DNA of 64,000 nucleotides from Adineta vaga (lineage: Eukaryota; Animalia; Rotifera): assembly GCA_021613535.1 (NCBI GenBank), contig CP075496.1:9734001-9798000 (forward strand). Reading direction: 5' to 3'. Of this stretch, positions 1 through 12,956 are shown in pieces. The notes beneath the pieces are model-generated. The model was not told where the DNA came from. It did not search any database and saw nothing but the letters and a program-made list of their open reading frames with translations. A program made the translations under genes and the position numbers. Within the stretch, counting starts at the first letter, position 1. Each line of letters opens with the position of its first letter.

Positions 1-174
1 TTAGCTTCTACACTTCGTCGACGACTTATTTACCTGGCAGAATTTAGTTGCGAACTTTTATGTGTAATGACAATTGAAGAACTTGAACAATTGTCTCAAT
101 TACATACATGTTTTAAACGTATTCAATATGAATCAAAATACGGTGGACAATGTATTAGATTATTTACAAAATAA
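1..174 (+). CDS. 3' end of a probable F-box/LRR-family gene (truncated by window edge)
   Basis: Frame 1 is open from base 1 to TAA at 172-174 (…YLAEFSCELL…LSQLHTCFKRIQY…RLFTK*), loosely resembling the C-terminus of the F-box gene at 47683-48630 (LQRFDCEI…QVHPSFNHI…RLFHT). Confidence 0.5.
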   Translation, partial: LASTLRRRLIYLAEFSCELLCVMTIEELEQLSQLHTCFKRIQYESKYGGQCIRLFTK

Positions 175-1062
175 TCATCTAAGCAATCTTCTTTTAAGTC
201 TTCTAAACATATATCTTGATATGTTACTATTTTAATAGTATACCAAATTTGTATTCACTTATTTTCTTTCTTTTACAATAAATAATTACAGATATAAACA
301 TTTTATTACTTTTTTTACCAGTTATCTACAATTTTGAAAAAAAAACGATAGAAAATTACGTTGTTGATTATACTTACTAATGTTTTCTGAATTTCTTAGT
401 GATATGTATTGTTTCATGACACCATCGAAGAAAACTGATCTTTCCTTGATTGACTGAACCGAGTCTATTGATGATCAATATGGATAAATTTCAAGCGAAT
501 CTTACATGATCTATGGATGACAACAATACATACTCGAAATCTTTTATGATTCGTTTTTCTTGACTTGCGATTTCAGTATACAATCATAGGGGTAAGAACC
601 TACAAAAACTTCGACATCTACATCATTCTGTTCTGCTATATTTTTTTCTCGTTTTTATGCGCATGAAATAAAGAATAAGATTTTTTCCTCTTATCGAGAT
701 TCATTACTATAAAACAACTGCAACAGAGACATCCATCCCTCACCCTTCAACAATTTACGAATGAATAAATAAATAAAAAGTGTCTGTTGAGGATTGTGTT
801 TGAAACTATGTGCGATAATAGGTACGCTAGGTTGGAAACTACTTATCTTAGAGAATTTTTGTATTTGTTCTTCTTTATCTGACTCGTGGTGATAAAGTGT
901 TGTTTGTCAATTAGAAGACATATTCCCTTTCTGTTGTTTCTTTTTATCTTTACTTTGAAAAAATATTTTCTTTTCATTTGTCTACTCCTTTTCTAGAAAA
1001 ACTCTTCGGTTTTTCAGATTTATACATATTCTTCTCATTGTCTAACACGTCTTAATTTCAAG

Positions 1063-2487
1063 ATGGCATCAATTAATAATGATACAAGTCAAACCCATGG
1101 TCGTTTTCTTGATGGAGCTGAAGAACCACGTAAAATGCTGCAACCGATCGAAGGATATCAAGATTTACCTTTAGTATCTCTTGAGGATTCAGTCGAGTCT
1201 ATCATTTCATTATGTTCCGATATTCATCGACGAGTATATATTGCCAAGGAAAACTGTAAAAATCTTCCTCCGAATCATTTGACAGTAGACGAAGTTGCAG
1301 CAATTCAACTTTATACCATGGAATGGAAACCAAGGGTTGGATGTCTTTATATGGCATTGAATACTGTGCTTCGTACTGAAAATCGTGATGAGATTACTCC
1401 TTGGTATTTATATTTGAAGTTAATTCTTTCTGCACTTACGCGAATACCATCGAAACAAACAATTATATGGCGAGGTGTGAAAGGTAACTTAAGTCAAAAA
1501 TATAACATTGGTAGTACATATATTTGGTGGGCATTTAGTTCCTGTACTGAATCACTTGATGTACTTGAATCAAATGTCTTCTTAGGAAAATCAGGAGAAA
1601 GAACTATATTCAATATTCAATGTGAAAATGGGAAAGATATTAGTCCATATTCTTACATTCCAGTTGAAAAAGAAATTCTTCTTTTACCAGCAACGCAATT
1701 TGTAGTTAAAGGCAAATTGAATCCATCACCTGGTCTTCATATTATTCAATTACAAGAAACGAAACCAAAATTTCCAATGATCGAGTTACCTGTGGTTTCA
1801 TCGAAATCGTCACAATCAGGATCAACTAATACAGCAATGAATTCCAATGTCAAAGTTCAACAAAGAATTTATCATTGTATGAAAGATTGTATGTATTTTG
1901 GAGAATTTAATCTAATCGATCGTGATATTCCACTAATTGTTGAACAAGCAATAAAAATTCGAAAATGTACTTTTCTTGATTTAAATTATAATAATATTAC
2001 AGCAAATGGTGCCGAACTTGTTGCTAATGCGTTAAAAACAAATACTTCATTGAAAATCTTACGATTTTGGCATAATCATTTACGAGATACTGGTGCCAGT
2101 TCTATTGCACAAGCGTTATGTTCTAATAGAACACTCACTACATTATGTCTTGCAAATAATGGTTTAACAGATAAATGTATTCCTGATATGGTTTATATGC
2201 TCAAAAAAAATCAGAGTTTGACTGTATTGTACTTAGATCGTAATAAGATTGGCGATGAAGGAATGGTCAGTTTAATGAACTCATTACATTATAATGAAAC
2301 TCTTCAAAATATATATTTACATGAGAATGCTATTACTGATCATTCAATTGATAGTACGAAGAAGATGTTTCGAAAGAATTACACTTTGAATCTTTTATCA
2401 CTTGGAAATAATCAATTCTCTGATCAAGGACGTGATATTCTTAAAATTTTTGCAAATTCAAATGATCATATTCGATTATTTGTATGA
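1063..2487 (+). CDS. Mono-ADP-ribosyltransferase (R-S-E clade) fused to C-terminal RI-like leucine-rich repeats
   Basis: 474-aa intronless ORF; AAIQLYT..LN..LR helix, IWRG (Arg), FSSCT (Ser) and EKEILL (E-x-E) ART motifs; ~28-aa LRRs (LDLNYNNI, LCLANNGL, LYLDRNKI, LSLGNNQF). Confidence 0.9.
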   Translation: MASINNDTSQTHGRFLDGAEEPRKMLQPIEGYQDLPLVSLEDSVESIISLCSDIHRRVYIAKENCKNLPPNHLTVDEVAAIQLYTMEWKPRVGCLYMALNTVLRTENRDEITPWYLYLKLILSALTRIPSKQTIIWRGVKGNLSQKYNIGSTYIWWAFSSCTESLDVLESNVFLGKSGERTIFNIQCENGKDISPYSYIPVEKEILLLPATQFVVKGKLNPSPGLHIIQLQETKPKFPMIELPVVSSKSSQSGSTNTAMNSNVKVQQRIYHCMKDCMYFGEFNLIDRDIPLIVEQAIKIRKCTFLDLNYNNITANGAELVANALKTNTSLKILRFWHNHLRDTGASSIAQALCSNRTLTTLCLANNGLTDKCIPDMVYMLKKNQSLTVLYLDRNKIGDEGMVSLMNSLHYNETLQNIYLHENAITDHSIDSTKKMFRKNYTLNLLSLGNNQFSDQGRDILKIFANSNDHIRLFV

Positions 2488-3069
2488 ATTATAACTTAGC
2501 AGTATAAATTACAAATATAACGATTAAATATAGATTTTTAGAATGAAAATAAAATTGTTTCGGAACGAAAGTATGTGTAAAAGTAAATCGAATATTTTCG
2601 TTTCATACGTTTACACATATGGTACTTATAATTATAGACTCGTGTAAACGAAGATGAAAGCCTATCTAGTTTCGTCATCTGTTTTTTTATTCTTATGTTG
2701 AAAATCGATAGTATGTTAATATCAATATAGTTTAGTTCACTCGTGCAATTTGTTTGATATTTATTTATGACATATTGCCATTGCAAAACGATGATGCAAA
2801 TGTTGATTTTTTATTATCAAACTTTTGCCATGGATAAAAAGTTGTTTTTCTACGAGATTATGTATTAAATTAATAATTCATTTCCTTCTACCGCATATGT
2901 TTTCCTTAGATAAAACGGTTGTTCTGTTGACTTCTGTTAAAACGTCAGATAAAACCTACTCCAAACAAGCAAATGGTCTTGTTAATCACATTATTTCTGA
3001 TATGATGCTAACATCTGTTAGTTTTTTTTTTAATTTTCTACCCAAACGAATATGTATTGTATCTTTTAG

Positions 3070-4054
3070 ATCGAACAGCAGTCAAATGATATGGTTATTG
3101 TTCGGTTTGTATAATTTTCATAAAACAACAATATCTTTCGCTTATGCAGAATTGGAAATGTTCGTCGATGGAAGCTGATATCATTAGTCTTGGGTATCCT
3201 CTGTCTTATATTAACCAGTGTTATTGTATTCATGATTTCTCGTCGATTATCACGTGAGTTACATCGAATATATTGTCTAACAAAATAAAACTGGCGTCCA
3301 TCTTTAGTATGTCAATCGTCTACTCCATCGGTAATTGCTGTAACTGCGAGTATATGAGAAAAGAAATACAATATTATTTTTATGATCAGAATGATTTCTG
3401 TTTGTTTTTGTAGGTAATTTCATCGATATTACCACTGATTAAGTGGAAACTTCGCTCGATGGTGAAATTCAGACAATTTCTGACAATGCGTCGAATATAT
3501 CGACGACAACTAAACCTAACGTTGCTTTTATTTGTTCGTATTTATTTTTCTTTTGTTTCTTTACTTCTTTTATTTATATTAATGAGTTTAGATAGACCAA
3601 CCAATATTAGTCACTTTGGTAATTATCAATCGTTTGGTCTTTCTCTTAGTCATTCAATGTATACTAATATTGCTTATCCATGTAAAGTTCAAGGATATGT
3701 CATCAGTGTTAATGGAAAAGTGATTCTCCATTGTATCTTTTCGAGATTTATACAGGTTTTCCTTCTCATTATATTCTTCAACGATATCCTTTTATGCCGA
3801 AAAGAAACACTACCGACTGGCAAACGATCAATACTCCATCAGGAAAATTTCCTGTAGCACAAAATCACCAACTGGCAATTGGTATGCATGATCATAGTGA
3901 TACGAACGAAATTCATGCTGTTCGATCAACGATTTCTCTCCATGGGCGAAATATTACTAACAAAACAAAGACCGTTCTTGCACAAAATACAGAAGGTTTT
4001 TTTGGTGTCGCATTCATATATACCGTTGTTGAAAATGGTAAAAAAAAGAAATAG
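3070..4054 (+). CDS. Multi-exon single-pass membrane protein of unknown function, apparently frameshifted
   Basis: Splice-bounded exon ~3150-3253 encodes RRWKLISLVLGILCLILTSVIVFMISRR (TM helix). The last exon (~3590-4054) changes frame near 3715-3730, between ORFs 3459-3857 and 3731-4054. 5' end not resolved. Confidence 0.4.
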
Positions 4055-4200
4055 TAATATTAAAACTCTTTGAATCTATACTTTTGTTTTCTGGACGAAG
4101 CTGAGATATTAACACCATGACTAAATGTATGAAAATATATTATTTAATGCTTAAAAGAATCTGATTAAAAAATAGAAACATATTTTTGTTTTTTTGAAAA

Positions 4201-7200
4201 TTACATAACAGAACATGCTCGACTTTGTGGCACTAAGGGTGCACTTGATGGTCGTTTCGGGCTTTGATCGAAGTCAGTACGATTGTGAGAAGCAGATGCA
4301 GGTCGATAAATATCGAGAAAATATCGTGATTTATTGGTTTGTACGGTTGACACGATTTGTTCCAGATAAGCAAGTAACATTTCAAATTGTTTTCCTGTCC
4401 ATCGATCATTTGCATTTGATTGTTGAAAATCAATCAATGAGAGCTTTTCTATTGGTAACGATAATTTTAGATTTGATGGTGCCCATGCTCGAGTTTCTTC
4501 AAGTAACAATGGTAGAATTGGTTTTTTCAGAGTACTAGCTAATGATAATTGATGTTGACAATGCATTGACTTCATAATTTTGGAGTAAGACAAACAAGTA
4601 GACATGTAGCATGTCGAATTGTACTATCATATTTCTCGGTCAAAGTACCTCCACCTGTCATTTGAAATAGATCAAGCCAAATTCGATATCCTAATTGTGT
4701 CAATTGTTTATAGAGATGAAAAACATCCTTTTGAGAATCCCATTGATAGGATATGATGATTTGAGGATGAACAACAACCAAGGGTATATTATCAAATGAG
4801 ATGAAATCAGATGCAGATTTTAGAAATATAAGATCATTTAATCGAGGCACAAACCAATGATGATATTGTTCTTTAATTATATCAGAATCTGGTGCAACAT
4901 AATAACGAATATGAGCAAGTAATTCAATAAACTTTTTTTCTGACCAATTTATATCATTCTGTGAATTAGAAAATTCTATCGAGGAATAATCTTGAAAGAT
5001 GGATTGAAATATTCCTTCTGACGGTAACCACGTTTGTTCATCCATATGTAAAAGAAGAAATGGTTTTTTCATGTTTAAGATCAATTGAAATACGTGACAA
5101 CAATTTTCTGATTGAGTATAGAATCTATTCACACAACAGATGATTACTTTTGCTCCACAAATATAAGTATGAGTAGTATTCAATTCAATATGTTCATCAT
5201 ACATTTGACAAATATAACCAGCTGCTGCTAGATGTTCTTTCAATTTCGTTACTAGATCTTTTTTACTAGAATGAAACGAAAGATTGATCGATGGTCGACG
5301 TTTTATATCAATGGAAAGATCAGATGGAATAATTTGTCCCGTTGCTAATACAGCTTCTTGAATAATTTGTTCGACATCATGTCGATCGATTTCACCAAGT
5401 GCTTTAATAAGACTAAGGACAGCTTCATCTGTCTCATGCGTTGTAAACCATTCATCGAGTAAAACCATACAAGGATTTTTCTGCATAAGCCAATGTCTTA
5501 TTTCTGTCAATGTAAATCCAAGTTGTCTAGCAAGTAGTCGCCAGTCTTTGTTATTTCGACGATTCAATAGTTCAGCGACTGCAGATGCCCATGACGGAAT
5601 ATTACTTGAATAGACATTGATGTTACTTACAATTCGATTTGCCATTGTTTGATTAAGATATAGTTCTATTTGTTGTAACTCATGTTGAGCACGTTGAATT
5701 TCTGCTTGATCAACATCATTAATGACTGTATCATCTAAGTAATTCAATAATAAAACTCCTTCAGGTATTACGAAGTCATGACGTCGATTAATTAATAATT
5801 GTTTATTTTTCAATCCAATGAGTAAACATGTATAGAAAATTTCTTTTTGCATTTGTTTCGAACAATTTTCATCTTTTAAAACCTCTATAAAAAGATTCAA
5901 TCGTTCACTGGCTTTAATGTCATCACTAGTTAAAATGGATATCACAAAGTATTTTTGAAAACTTTGATAAACGAATAAATTTTGTGTTTTGATAATGAAT
6001 TGAAAAAGTTTGTCATAATTCGAATAAAATAAATGAGGATAATTATTCGCTATAGAACTTAACGATTGAATAAACATACAGAGACCATTATTAAATGGAA
6101 AACTTTCTATCGATGAAAATATTTGTTCAATATGTTTTGGAAATATAAGTTCGGGTTTATCACGAATGATTAATTGAAATAAAGCAGTTAAAGATATGAC
6201 ATATTTTCCTTGATCATTGAGTAAAAAATTAACCAAGTTGTCAATATGAGAATAAAATAACTCAGGTCGTAGCATTTGTATAGTCTAAAATTTGATCGTT
6301 ATACTTGAAAAGTATACATTATGACTTACCGTTAATAATCCGATAAAATTCATTTCTTTACTATTGTTTGTATATTCCAATAATTGTTCAACATGATCTA
6401 TAGCTATATTTGGTATCTTTGCACCCATGATAAGCCAAATTTGAACCCACCATTGATATAAACATGTTTTCTCTTCATATTTAGCATCATGGTATATACG
6501 ATCCAGTAATGGTTCATAAAGGCGAGCATCATTTTCAATCGAAATAGTTAATACTACACGAATTATCATAGATGCCATAATAATAAATTCAAATGTCATG
6601 TTTTGATTTTCATCATATAATGGATAGTTTAAAACAGATTGAAAAAGATTAACTAATAGTGAATGAATATTCGTAGATAATGTTTGAAGTTTTTCGAAAA
6701 CTACAGCAAGATGACTGCACATCGTCTAGATAAACAGCATGTTATCAATAGAAAATAAATACAAATCATTTCACTTACAGTAAAAAACACACGATTATTT
6801 TGATTGAATTCTTCATTTTCAGAATAATTGACTCGATTTTGTAAGGCATTGATAAATTTTATACATATATCTTCATTCACTTGTTCGATATCAATTAATT
6901 GAAACATATATATTCCCATTCTATAAACATGAGTATCAAAAATAAACTCTGGATTTGACCATCGAAGAATCGCTTCAACAGCAATTGGATGCAATGCTTT
7001 ACAAATTGTTGGATTACTCTGTGCTATATTGGCTTAATCTCCATAATATCTTCTAATCTATCCAAACTACTGAAATTCGCTTCACGGACTAATGTATCAT
7101 ATAGAATACAAGTTTTCAAACAATCAATTAAACCATTCACCATATCTTTCCATGGATAAAAGTCTTTTCTTCGTAATAAATGACATGATAATTCTGGTGC

Positions 7201-8379
7201 TTCAATACAATGTAATTTTAAAATTGCTAAGCTCAAATCGAAGAATAACAAAGCTAATGTTTTCATTCCTTTTAAATCTGCTAATGCGCGTACAAACGGA
7301 TCAAGAATTTCCGAACAAAATAATTCTTGCTGTTGAACAATCGAACAAAGTGATATCATTTTACGTAAAAATAATTCCAGATCAATCGAAGATAAATTTG
7401 GAATAATTAATTTTAATAATAACAAATAAGCATCCTTGTATCTATTACTTAGAATTAACTGTTCGATTGTGATTATTAATGGATTAAAATTGGTTTTAAT
7501 CAGTTCAATATTATCTTTACATGATTGAATTTGATGAGCTATATAATTAGATGATATGGTTTCTATTGGAAGATTTGAATCGAACAAAACGATATTAGAT
7601 TGAGTATCGAGAGTAAAGATTTTCGGTGAAGATTCGTTTAATATTTTAGCAATTTCTAACCAGATTGATGATGATTGAGATTGTTGAACAGCATGTCTTA
7701 ATAGAACATAAATTATATGTCATTTGGAATGAGATTTTGTAGATAATAAGACTTGATTTGATACTTACTGATAAAATTGTTGAAAAATTGTTTTCATATT
7801 TGTGATGATATTTCGTTTGTTGAGGATATTTCTACCATCTATTGATGTAGAGAAAACTGACTGAGTTAAAAATCGTTGCCAGTTAATTTCATCTGATGAT
7901 GAAATTGAAGTAAATATTTTCTTTTGGAAACTTTCAAGGATTTGCTCGATTAAATTCGTTTTCAATGGAATTTTGCATAACTGTTCACCAATTTGAAATC
8001 GTTCATAGATCATTTGAAGAAAATGTAAATTCCATCGATCAATTTTTGCTTGTTCGAGAACATGTGTAAAGATTTTTAACAAATCATTAATTTCTATCGA
8101 TTTATCAATACGAATCATTCGTTCGATTACCATTGTAATAAAGGTATACTTAAGTTCAGATGATGATTGATCTGATGATTCTGCAAGAACATATTCACCT
8201 AGAGCATTTAATACTAATTTTACATCATCAGATACGGACTCTTGTTTAATACGATCAAATGTATCGGACCATTGATCATTGAAGAGATCGTTGTCATGAG
8301 TTAATTGCTGAATAAAATTACTAATCATGTGAAATAGTTTAGAAGAAATAAGAGGAAAGTCGTTTTTACGTGAGGACAC
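4201..8379 (-). CDS. Large helical N-terminus - Death domain - TIR - TIR protein with two apparent 1-nt frameshifts (possible pseudogene)
   Basis: ORFs joined by GT-AG introns at ~7699-7768, ~6727-6778, ~6287-6329. Death domain KDWRLLARQLGF…LLDEW…LIKALGEIDRHDV; TIR1 INLSFHSSKKDLVTKLKEHL; TIR2 IIISYQWDSQKDV…GYRIWLDLFQM…LLVCLTPK. Frame breaks at ~7033 and ~4575 have no splice signals. True start not resolved. Confidence 0.8.
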
Positions 8380-8767
8380 TTATTTGTTATTGAAGAGAAC
8401 AGGAAAAAAAGTAGATCGTTTTCTTCATACCAACGGTTGACAATAACAATGAGTCATGTTAGATGGTGAAAATTATTGACATGTGAAATAAAAGATTTTG
8501 ATTGAATATAAATATTGAAATTGGAGAAAGTTTTTTAAAAACAAATATCAAATTTTCATTGAGTTCTCTTCAAGTGTGTAGAAAAGACTGCTTATACTTT
8601 GAATTTTGTTTACCTATATTTTGATGTATTATGCTGATTGATCGGCCGATTGTGTGTCATTTTGAAATAGAACGAAGAATAACATTTTTTTCTTTGCTCT
8701 CCAATCTTTAAATGTGCAAAGAAATCATTCTTCAAGAGTAAACATTCGATTGAATCTCAAAAAAACA

Positions 8768-11200
8768 ATGGATGCACTGTGAGTTGACATTTGTTGAAAT
8801 CTATTGTTCAATATATATCGTTTATTTACATTAGAAATTCGCACAAATCAAATGATCCATATTTTCGTAATAAATATATTCGTCAGTATTTAATTAATGC
8901 GGATTTAGTATGAGTATTGATGAGAAAGAAAAACAAGTCATTTTCTTGTTTATTTCACTATGACTAGATCAACAGACGAAGAAATAATGTGCCGCGAACA
9001 TCGTATGAAGTGATTCTTGCTGAACGAGTAAAACCGAAATATATTAAAGCACGACCATCACTTAACATTACGAATTAGTAAATGATATTTTTCTTTGATT
9101 TATTTAAATAGTAATATTATTTCATAGTGTCATTGAGAAAATACCACAACAACGATTATATAGTTGTGATGAATTTGTTACAAATATCCAGCAGTTTCAA
9201 AAACGGGTAATGTATTATGAATGGATTACTTTCTCATAATTGAAGAGAATGTTTCATAGAAATCAAGATGTTCACAACAACTCTCTATGTCTCGTAACGT
9301 AACTCATATCGATGTAACTTTGAAAAGTAAAAGTAATCAACCATTAACTTCAGTTAGTATTGAAAATATTGGAGATATCTTGATGATATTATCTTAATTT
9401 TATAGAGAAGTCCAAAACGGTCGTCAGAACGGACGAAATCAGCTCACCGATCACCAACTAATATTAAAAATCAGTTAGAACGACGTTCAAATACTACCAA
9501 GGTGAGATTGAATAGTCTTCTAATCAGAGCGAATGTACAAAATTATCTAAAGAATAATTAGCCACAGCAAAATAGGAACTTCACTTTTTAATCTAGCAAC
9601 TCTCAAATGATGATCATTCTTATGTAACAATGATCTATTATGGTTCTCAATTAAATCGTGATTCTAATCATGATTGGTATCAATCAGATGGGGATGAGAT
9701 TGTTGTTATGCAACAATATTCTAGTGGTGAAAATCTTCTAGTTTACAAAGGTTTTGTTAAACTCAACGGTATATTTCAAATTTCTATTGATTGATGAAAA
9801 TATATACTTATCTATTTAGAAACCTTTACTTTTGAATCTCGTCGTCATCCAAACTATCCATTTGCTTTAACATTGTATATCAACAGTTATATTGATAGTC
9901 GACTATCTGTTTGCTGTGAATACAAATACAAAAATAATGTTCGATTGTATCGAAATCGTGGATCATTTGGTATATATGATGTACAGAAAGTAAAACCATG
10001 TCAACAGTATGTTAATAAATAAGAAAAGATAGTTGGTTAAAACGTCGTATGTATGTTATTTTATTTGAGTTGTCGATTTGAGAACCAGAAAAACAAAAAA
10101 ATATTATCAACATCGTTAAATACTACTCGCTCTCGTAATGCATCAACAAATACAGAATTGAATCGAAGGTTAAGTCCTCCATCGAAAACTAGTGAGAATG
10201 AAATTAACTGCACCTTTCAGATATCTATTCAATATATTTTTAGATAAAAAAGAACCGTCGCAATCTAGACGAAGTCGTGCTCCTAAAATAACACAGGTAT
10301 GTAGAATTTTGAAGTAAAAATGAATTTGAAAAAAAAAGAAAACGAATATTTTTAGGCAAATAAAAGATCAAAACCGATAGATCCAAGATCACTAGCGTAT
10401 AGATCGTTTCGAGATAAGAAAGATATTTTATCGAGTAATCTACAGGAAGATACTTCTTATACATTGGATCATCAATCATTGAATGGTCAGTCAATGAAAT
10501 ATAAAAAAAAGATCAAATATACGGTTTTTCTTCTATTACAGGACGAAAGACTAGGCATGAAAAATCACTTCAAACATCATCTACTACTTGGGAAGAAACT
10601 CGTCCATCGTCGCCTACGATACCAAACGAAATAAAACAGTATTCTCACTCTTCTCAATCATTGCTTTATACAGGATATAGCAGTTATCCAAAATCCAACG
10701 TTTTAGAACAATCTGTCGTTTCTTCAACTTATCTCTCTGGCAATGATGATAGTCATCATTCATCTAAATTAACAAAACAAAATCAAACTTCAAATGATTC
10801 TTTGGTGAGGAATATCTCACGTAGACATCAAGACAAACATACAACAACAATATCATTCTCATCGTCGAATACTTCTACTTCTACATCAATTTCTGATTTT
10901 GATGGTGAAAATGAGAGTACTACTGCTAAACAATATACTTCATCACCATCATCATCCCTTTTCCTTTCCGATGAAGAACAAAAATCAAATTCATCGGAAA
11001 AAGAAAAATCCTCAAATCTTGTCGATAAAAATAAGCAAAATAGTCGTTACTTATCTACTTCATCATCTCAATCGAGTGTGGATAATAGTAATCATATGAC
11101 TCATTCATTCCAACGTCGTCATCTATCAGCATCTTCGACAAATACTACAACTCATAATGAAAATTTCAACTTGAAATCAATCTTGTCATCAAAGAAATAA
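8768..11200 (+). CDS. ERICH3-like / DUF4590 domain protein, multi-exon, Ser-rich tail
   Basis: Spliced exons ~9596-9768 and ~9820-10006 give VTMIYYG…DEIVVMQQYSSGENLLVYKG…ETFTFESRRHPNYPFALTLYIN…RLSVCCEYKY…KPC, matching the DUF4590 pattern as I recall it. N-terminal exon has PYFRNKYIRQYL; last exon is within ORF 10661-11200. Confidence 0.75.
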
Positions 11201-11876
11201 AATAATATCCATTGCAGTTTAATTGCAAACCAAAGCTTGACTAAATAACATAGAAGAAGTTATTTTTAGATATTGCATCTAATCGAACAGATATTGATAA
11301 TATGAAAATATAAACTTCTTTACATTTATTACCAAAATACACTCACAATATCTATTTACATAATACTTATTCTCGTGATAGTATACATGAGTCATAAATA
11401 TTTTCTATAACATGTACAAAACAGGTAAGTATACAAAAAAATAAATAAACCAACTCAACCATGACAAAAAAAATCGATGAGTTATTAAAACAAATATCAT
11501 TCTAATGTTTGTTCACATATGTACTTAAATAAAATTGACTTTTACTTTTAGTTAAATCTCTTCTCAATAATTCAAAAAACCACCTAAGCTTTATTCTCTC
11601 TCTCTCTCCGTCTGAGTATTGAAATTGATAATCGATCTATTTCAAACATTCATCAAATGATAAATAAAGAAAAACAAGCACAAGATTATTTGCGTGGGCT
11701 AATGATTACTTGTATGCAGGTAAACGTACTCACTGGTTAAAGAGAAAAAAAAAGTATTCAGAAAAATATTTTCATTCAAACGTTAACGTTGCATCTTTAA
11801 TTCAAGGTAATACGGTCTTACTATTCCGTTTATATTCGAGTACATATTTTACTTTATTTCGCCATCTTATACAATC

Positions 11877-12956
11877 ATGTCTCATACTGATGAATATGAA
11901 TATGAAAATGAATTAGCAATCGATTCCAAATTGATCTGTGCTATTTGTTTACTTCCGTATATGAAACCAAAATCAACATTATGTAATCATATATTTTGTC
12001 GAAATTGCATTGAATTATGGCATGAGAAAAGTTTAACATGTCCATTATGTCGTGATATATCGAGTAATAAACATATTAAAACTGTTCGAAATGTTGATTT
12101 ACTTACAAAACTTAATCAATTGAAAGTTAAATGTTTATTATGTGAACAAACAGGAATAGAACGAAAAGATTTTGAATCTCATCGAAATAATTTCTGTTCG
12201 AAACAACATAATACTCATTCATTAGATCAAATGAAAGATTTATGGAAAGATTTTCGAGATGATCATCAAAGTCGCATACCATTTAAATCAACTTATTCAC
12301 GTCGACGACGACTTACTCATATTATTAATCAATTTCCATTGAATTCCAAAATTACTTTGCGAAATTATCAATTAACTGACTCTGATATGTCTATTGTTGT
12401 TCATTATGCAATTAAAAAACGACAATGTCGAATACTTGACTTAGGAGCTAATCAAATTGTTTCCTATGGTATTATACATCTTGCTGATAGTTTAGAGAAA
12501 AATCGTAAATTAAAATTACTTTCACTTCATCAAAATTCGATCTCAGAAAAAAGTATTAAATATCTCACAAATAAACTTTCAACCAAACGTTCATATTTAA
12601 AATGGCTCGATTTAGAATCAACTGATTTAAATGATCATTCAGCAGAATATTTAGCTGAAATGCTTGCAACAAATCAATCAATTACTGGTCTATGGTTATC
12701 AAATAATCGAATCGGTTATCGTGGTGTTATGCTATTAACTTCGATATTAAAATCTTCGAATACAACATTGAAACATTTAGATTTAGAAAATAATCCATCA
12801 ATAGATGATTCATGTTTAGATTATGTAATGGACATGTTAAAAGAAAATCAAACATTAAAAACTGTGTATCTAAATCAATGTCAATTATCGATGATAAGTA
12901 AAAGAAAACTTCGAGAAATCGCAAATACGAAAGCTAATTTTCATTTATATCTTTGA
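11877..12956 (+). CDS. RING finger (C3HC4) + TRAF-type zinc finger + RI-like LRR protein (putative E3 ligase)
   Basis: CAIC…CNHIFCRNC…CPLCR; VKCLLC…H…C; LRRs LDLGANQI, LSLHQNSI, LWLSNNRI, LDLENN; intronless, 359 aa. Confidence 0.88.
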   Translation: MSHTDEYEYENELAIDSKLICAICLLPYMKPKSTLCNHIFCRNCIELWHEKSLTCPLCRDISSNKHIKTVRNVDLLTKLNQLKVKCLLCEQTGIERKDFESHRNNFCSKQHNTHSLDQMKDLWKDFRDDHQSRIPFKSTYSRRRRLTHIINQFPLNSKITLRNYQLTDSDMSIVVHYAIKKRQCRILDLGANQIVSYGIIHLADSLEKNRKLKLLSLHQNSISEKSIKYLTNKLSTKRSYLKWLDLESTDLNDHSAEYLAEMLATNQSITGLWLSNNRIGYRGVMLLTSILKSSNTTLKHLDLENNPSIDDSCLDYVMDMLKENQTLKTVYLNQCQLSMISKRKLREIANTKANFHLYL

